A stretch of DNA of 64,000 bases from Amphiscolops sp. MND2022 (lineage: Eukaryota). Of this stretch, positions 58,301 to 64,000 are shown one piece after another. The stretch is taken from positions 61,878,001 through 61,942,000 of the forward strand of contig OZ076409.1 in assembly GCA_964187785.1 (NCBI GenBank). Direction: 5' to 3'. The first letter of the stretch is position 1. Every line of letters starts with the position of its first letter. Made by a program: the position numbers and the translations under genes. Below the pieces are notes generated by a model, which saw only the letters and a program-made list of their open reading frames with translations, ran no database searches and was not told the origin of the DNA.

Positions 58301-59640
58301 AAATGCATCTACCAGTGCCTCTACGCTTTCTGAATCCTTCTTGGCTGTCATCGATGAGCCCTTTTGCCTCCAAGTCATTTCTCAATCGTCTCTCTATTAT
58401 GCGTTCAAACAGCTTTCCTACGTAGGAAGTGAGTGTATTTGGTCTGTAACTGTTTGCGATATTATTGTCTTCTTTGTGAGGTTTCTGGAGGAAAATGACT
58501 TTGCCTAAATTCCAAATGTAGGTGCCTGCATGTAAACAGAGGTTAAAAAGCTCGAGACAGGCAATTTTGAAAAAAGTTCCGGTGTGACGAAGCATGCGTG
58601 GATGTATGCCATCTGGGTCGGAGGACTTCATGCTTGTTTGAGATTCCGTCAGAGCTTTGTCAAGCTCTTTTTCGCTTATCTGTATGCTCGGTTGTTGCAC
58701 ATAATCCGGATGAAAGTTTGCCGTGAGTTTGTCATCGACATTTCTCAGCCAAGATTCGTCAAACATTTTTCCGTGGAGGGGACTGTCGGAGCAAAACGTA
58801 GAGCGAAGATGTTCAAATTTATCAGCGTTACTATATAGAACTTTGCCATTTGAAATCAGACATTCCTTTGGTATTGTTTCTCTGGTATGAGCAAACAAAT
58901 ATTTGGCTTTCCAGAAATCTGAGCCCTTGCTGGCATTTAGGGTTTCTGCACAAGTTTTATAATGCTCAGCTTTGGACTCCATCAAGGTAGTCTGAAAATG
59001 TTGTTTGAGCGTTTCAAAATTGAAGGTGTTTATGGGGTCCGATCTGATTTTCATTATTTTCCTCGCTTTTCGGAGTTGAAGTGAAAGCATTTTCAACTCT
59101 TCATTAAAGTAAGGCTTTGAGTGTGAAGTTATTGGCTTGAGATGTATAGTAAGATTGGCTGCTTCGCTGATACATTTCAGCAAGATGTCCCATAGTCATG
59201 TAGCATCATAGCAATCGTCAATTTCAGGCCATCACGTTTGAACGCAATTTTTCTAGGGTTTCCCTCCATTTTTCCCAATTGGTTTCCTTGAGGTCTTTTA
59301 CATGAGTGGATCTGCTGTTTCCTGCGATGTTGAATGTGGCAATAACTGGGCAATGGCCTCTGTTTGGGGCGCCAGTGTACATTTCAGTGTAATAGTCTAT
59401 TGCGAGGCCGCAAAAAAGCCTGTATAGATTGGCGTTGCATAAAACCAAGTCGATTACACTTTTTCCGTTTGTGCATATGAATGTGGGCTCCCCATCGTTA
59501 AGAGCAATGAGTTCTTCTTGTTGTAGGAAATGGTTCAAAATTTCCCCTTGAGAATTGTTTTGTCGCCCCAGCTTGGGTGTCTTGCATTGAAGTCGCCAAG
59601 TAGAAGAAAATTGGACACGCCCAAATCTTCTCCATTTTTT
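46330..59640 (-). mobile_element. Head-to-tail tandem array of ~5 defective non-LTR ORF2 units (APE + RT), ~2.56-kb period
   Basis: Junctions at ~49423, 51981, 54538, 57097. Motifs VNINGL, LGDFNARHPSWG, SVIDL, GLPQES, KYADD. Only the last unit has the C-terminal SPLCIC...HFIFYC knuckle. Confidence 0.9.
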
Positions 59641-59977
59641 GGGACACGCCCAAAGCTGTCGTCTCTTTATAATGGAGAAGATTGATCCGACAGCAAATGT
59701 CGTTGCTAAAAGTTCCGGAAAACACCTCGTTTTTGATGGGTATCCGTTTTCCGTTAATATTCAAACTACGATTACCTGGTTTATGGTGTGCACTCCAAGA
59801 TGCAGAACAAAAGTAAGTTTCTTCGAAATGTGAACACAGAAAATCCCATACACTCACATCTATCGAAAAACCGGAAGATGCCCGATAAAAAGTTGAGAGT
59901 TGAAAGTAAAACCGAAAAATTGTACGAAAAGATCCAACGAAAACTGTAGAAACGGTCTGTGAAGATATATGCATCAA

Positions 59978-60643
59978 CTATTTGAATGAAAAGCATCCTT
60001 TCTCGAACACGATCGGAAAAAAAACTGCCAAAAATCCAGAAGATGCCAAGAACTTGCATATTTCTGGAAAAAGCAAATACTGACTGGATAAGAAAAAGTT
60101 CTTATCGAAGCATGACAAAAAGATAAAAAAGTTCCGAAACTTTGCGAATTTTTTTGAGTTTTTCCAACTTTGGAATTTTTCAGAGGTTCTCAACAGTTCA
60201 GTGTCGCAGTAATCGCAACAGAAAAAAAGCTCAATGTTACGACTACTACACGGATCATTATTTTCATTATTTTGAGTAGAGTTTATTCTAACTGACTTAG
60301 TAGGAGTAGAGAAGCTTCTAGTTTCGTTTTCGGAATCTTCATCGGGTTCTTCTCTAACATTGATGTTCGTTTTTGCTTTGAGCAATTTCAGTATTTCCTT
60401 TTGGGAATCTGCTAAACGACTCTTGAGTTCAGACGTTATTTCATCCTTCCAAGAAGTTTTCAAACTCTCCAAGACACTACTTTCAACTCTTGGGGATTTT
60501 GCTCTCGAAGGTCCCGGAGAACCGACGTCCTGGTCAACGGAGTTGTTGTTTTCTGTTACAATTGGTGAAACTAAATACTCACTAACACTTTCAGAGCTCT
60601 CTTGTTGATTGTTCTTCCTTTTCTGACTTCTCGTTGTAGACAT
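59978..60643 (-). CDS. Chimeric ORF: LTR-encoded gag-like N-terminus (~136 aa) reading into flanking DNA
   Basis: MSTTRSQKRK...DPCSSRN up to the LTR end at 60235, then ~85 unrelated codons. Confidence 0.4.
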   Translation of the reverse strand: MSTTRSQKRKNNQQESSESVSEYLVSPIVTENNNSVDQDVGSPGPSRAKSPRVESSVLESLKTSWKDEITSELKSRLADSQKEILKLLKAKTNINVREEPDEDSENETRSFSTPTKSVRINSTQNNENNDPCSSRNIELFFCCDYCDTELLRTSEKFQSWKNSKKFAKFRNFFIFLSCFDKNFFLSSQYLLFPEICKFLASSGFLAVFFPIVFEKGCFSFK

Positions 60644-62609
60644 CTTTGTAAAATTCTCAGTTCCAAGTTTTGTTGATCACTGATATTTTCATCAAAGTTG
60701 AGAATAGGGTTTAGAGGCAATGAAAAAACAAAGCAACTGAATTTCACAAGTGAAAAGGACTGAGTCCCTCAATCAACAAAATGCATCACATTTATACCCT
60801 CCTAACATCTTTTGATCACGGCCATATTCCTAATTTTCCTCGAACAATTAGTCACTCCCTGTCTTTCGAGTAAAAAATTATTATAATCCCAAATTTGCGT
60901 CGACATTTCGTCAAATTTTAAGACACAGCAACACTTTTTGATATTAGTCATTTATTACGAGTATGTTAACATTTCGGCGTCCTTTTTGTTTCCTCCCGAG
61001 CAGGAAGAAATTATTACTTCATTCTGTGAAACCGGAAATGTTTCCCCGTTTTACTGTTTTGGTTCGCGGGAATTTGTCGTGGAGATGACGCTGACGTGAA
61101 CAACTAATACCTGATTTTGATTTTCAACTTGATCAAAATGTAATGACTAATTTCTGAGTTATGATTGTTTGAACGATGCTAGGAAGATATTTAAACAACT
61201 GGAAAGGATGAAATTTTGATCAAAACCAAGGTTTAACATTTATGAACATTAACACATAAATTAACAGCACATCACAATTCTAGCTTTACGCGACAATTGC
61301 GAAAAGTTTCCAAAATTAACAAAGCGCTTCCTTATCATCAACAATTGTTTGGTAATAATAATACAGTGAATTCAAGAAGTAACAACGATAAACCTTCCTG
61401 GAAAAACATGATCACAGCTACAGTTATGGGATATATGTTTGGGGTATTAAGTATGAAAGTACAAACGTACAAAAATACACATCTGGTACAATGTGTGCTC
61501 AATCCGTTTCATTTATGTATATAAAATAAGACTAACATCTATTCATTCACGAAAACTTCATTTGGGTTAGTTCCTAAGATGATTTTAAGTTATTGGCAAA
61601 TTGTCAGACGGAAAGTTCACGCATGTATTAGATACTATTTTCATTTTCTAGTCAGGTTGATTGAGCCTTGAACATACTTTCTAAACCAGGTTCACCCGCA
61701 CAGTATTTGTTTCAACAATCTAGAGGGATTAGAGTAGCTATTTCAGTGAGTTTACGGCATAGTATTGACGAGTTTTCCCAACAAGTTCGACAGATTTACT
61801 CTACTTATCTGATTTCATAAACTTGTCAACATCATGTTAACTAGATTTTTTGGCAGAACTGAGATTTTGACTAGTTTGACACAGTGCTGACGAGTAGTTT
61901 AGAAATGAGTTTCTAGTTTGCTGCCAGCGCCGTGACGTCATACTGGCGGAAAATTGGAATGACTTCTAATAAGGCCATTAATACAGGCGGATAATCGGAA
62001 TGATTTTCTGGTGTGCATGGACGAATCAGTGACGTCACTTAGTATATCTTCAAAACTTGTCTACGTCCTATTGACGACAAATGTACATGTATGCTTATTC
62101 TCACCGCCGCTTTGTTTACTTAGCGCAGTATTGTCGTCCCAAATCACACCAATTGCTGTTCAAAGTGCAATAAAGTCTCTTTTTCTTAGAAGAGGAGTAA
62201 TAATCTCAGTGTGTCAACTCAATGTATTTTCTGTTTTAGATCTAATTGATGTCTTTCCTTAAGGATGATTCAGGTTGTGTTTTTATTTAGATTAGTTTAT
62301 GATTTTCTAATCTAAGACGCAATCTTAGTTCACTTTTCAGGTACCATATGTTTTTATTTTAACGTGACAAAAACGTCTTGCCGGAAATGCGTCAAATTAT
62401 TTTTGGCCTAATTCATTTCCTATTTTCATTTCCAGTTGGAATTTGTGTAAGGTAGTTGTGTATTTTGTTTTTCTAGTCACAGTTTAATTTAAGTTAGTTT
62501 TTAGTTTACCAGTTAAAACACGACTTTGGAAATCTCAAATTACCTCCGTGACCTCTTTCGATTCTCAGTCGTTGACAACCACACGCCAGACCGGGAGCGG
62601 GCTGTGACA
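60235..62609 (-). mobile_element. Solo LTR (2,375 bp) with 5-bp TSD CTCAA
   Basis: Minus strand TGTCACAG...CGTAACA; CTCAA at 60230-60234 and 62610-62614. Confidence 0.85.
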
Positions 62610-64000
62610 CTCAATACTCATGGTGAATGTTCAGCAACTTTGCTCGGCGTGACCTTCAAATTTTGCCCAAGACCATTTTGTCAAGTTTTAACCATTCCTG
62701 ATCGGAAAATGAACCGCCAAATTTTGCTGGCCTCGACATACTTCGAGGGAGAACAACTTCCGACTACAGAAAGGTTTTTTGGATCCTAAAACAGAAATCG
62801 GAGAATTTTCATACCTAAAGCATAATTGGCAACAAGCTCACGACGTTTCCGATTATGAAAGGGCAATATTTCCCGCCGTGGAGAATATTAGGGCTAACAA
62901 AAGCCTACAAAAAAGACGGAATCTTTCGGAAAAGTGCCAGGATGATAACTGCATCTTTGATCGTACCCAAAGTTTTCTATCTATGTGACCTGAATTTGCC
63001 CGAAATGGCAGATTTTTCAAAATTTTTCCTATCGACATTGATAGTAACGTTAAAAACCAAAACTTAGAACAGTTTTCAACGCCCAATTTGCCTTCGAACA
63101 ACGATTTTGTGTGAAAGTTGTTATGCAGTGCTGACTATCATATGCCCACTGTCAACTCAGTTTTCTCAACTACCTTCTGAAGTGACTAATGGAGGAGATC
63201 CTGAGTGAGTCTCTAAGAATTCATTTTCTGATGCTGTTCAAGTTTTGATAGACAGTGTGCAATCGAAAAAAAAACTTTTGGAGGCTCAGGCTTATGTGGA
63301 TGAAATTTCGTCAAGCTTCGAGCAAAACGGGACGCCAGGTGACAAACTATACGAGTTTGGGGAGGCCGTCGAGGGGGCACGCGAAAGACTTGACACGAAC
63401 ACGCCTTGACTAGACATTTGAACAGGTGCCGTAGAAAGGTCTATCCCCTATCGTCAAATTTGAAGGGTCAAACTAGCGTCAATGTCCTCTAATGTCGAAC
63501 TAAAACGGCAAATTCTTAGCTTCAAATAAAAAGTAAACGAACTATTTGTGTCGTAATGCCATAATCTATAGGTGGAACCCATAAAATACATTTTGATGAT
63601 TCCACTAACAGTCTTCTAGACAACGAACGATTCTTGGACCGCGTCCCTACTTCATCAAATGTCGGCAGCCCCGTGGTGCCGATATCGATCGTCTTGCTAA
63701 GCGAGGTCGAGCAGGACCAAAGACTTGGCGGGAACGGAGATGGAAAGGCGAATGTTGTAGAGCGGGTCCTAGTGACGGCAAGCACGAGTGTCATACACAG
63801 CAAAAATCACCCATTTGTTACAAATTATCTACCAGGTACGCAGTATTCAGCCACTATCATGAGCTCCTTTTCAAAACATAACTTTCAATCAACCAATTTT
63901 TATCAGAAATTTATCAGTTCTGATCAACTTGTGTGGTGAGTGTTCCCAAGATCTTCGTTTTTATCAAAATCTCTGAGGATCCTTGTTTCTTGAACTGCTT

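Larger units (their letters stand above)
59655..63100 (+). pseudogene. Degenerate FLYWCH + MULE transposase, split by the solo LTR
   Basis: HLVFDGYPF...C..RCRTK...HSH upstream of the LTR; TFKFCPRPFCQVLTI and SDYERAIFPAV downstream. Ends approximate. Confidence 0.6.

Noticed and set aside
46330..59640. Active telomeric-type retrotransposon array or bacterial retron/DGR
   Set aside because: Shared inactivating lesions, no ORF1 or poly(A) junctions; APE-RT is of ordinary eukaryotic LINE type.
63280..64000. Possible BEL/Pao gag relic
   Set aside because: No motif strong enough to call.

Overview
AT-rich metazoan (invertebrate-type) genomic DNA dominated by mobile elements. The main feature is a nearly intact 18,570-bp Polinton/Maverick (adintovirus-like endogenous virus) at 21837-40406. 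It has AGTAGT...ACTACT termini, ~190-bp TIRs and a 6-bp GTCGGC target-site duplication, and an uninterrupted copy of its target site lies 2 kb away. It encodes a C2H2-zinc-finger/VSR-like-nuclease-containing pPolB, rve integrase, packaging ATPase, major and (frameshifted) minor capsid proteins, an adenain protease and several accessory ORFs (PC4-like, PLA2-like, 2-TM, basic core, RING-like). It also carries a 6x112-bp palindromic array and a 167-bp higher-order satellite. It sits in an intron of a minus-strand TOX-like HMG-box gene whose exon phases match across the insertion. A spliced D-amino-acid/D-aspartate oxidase gene lies on the plus strand. Other elements: a Gypsy-like 3' end; two solo LTRs with 5-bp TSDs (all three LTRs carry the start of a gag-like ORF inside the LTR); CR1/L2-like and CRE LINE relics; MITEs; a HINE-like insert; a split MULE pseudogene; a 200-N gap; and a ~13-kb head-to-tail array of ~2.56-kb defective APE-RT units joined in frame. 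All calls come from reading motifs by eye; no database searches were run.
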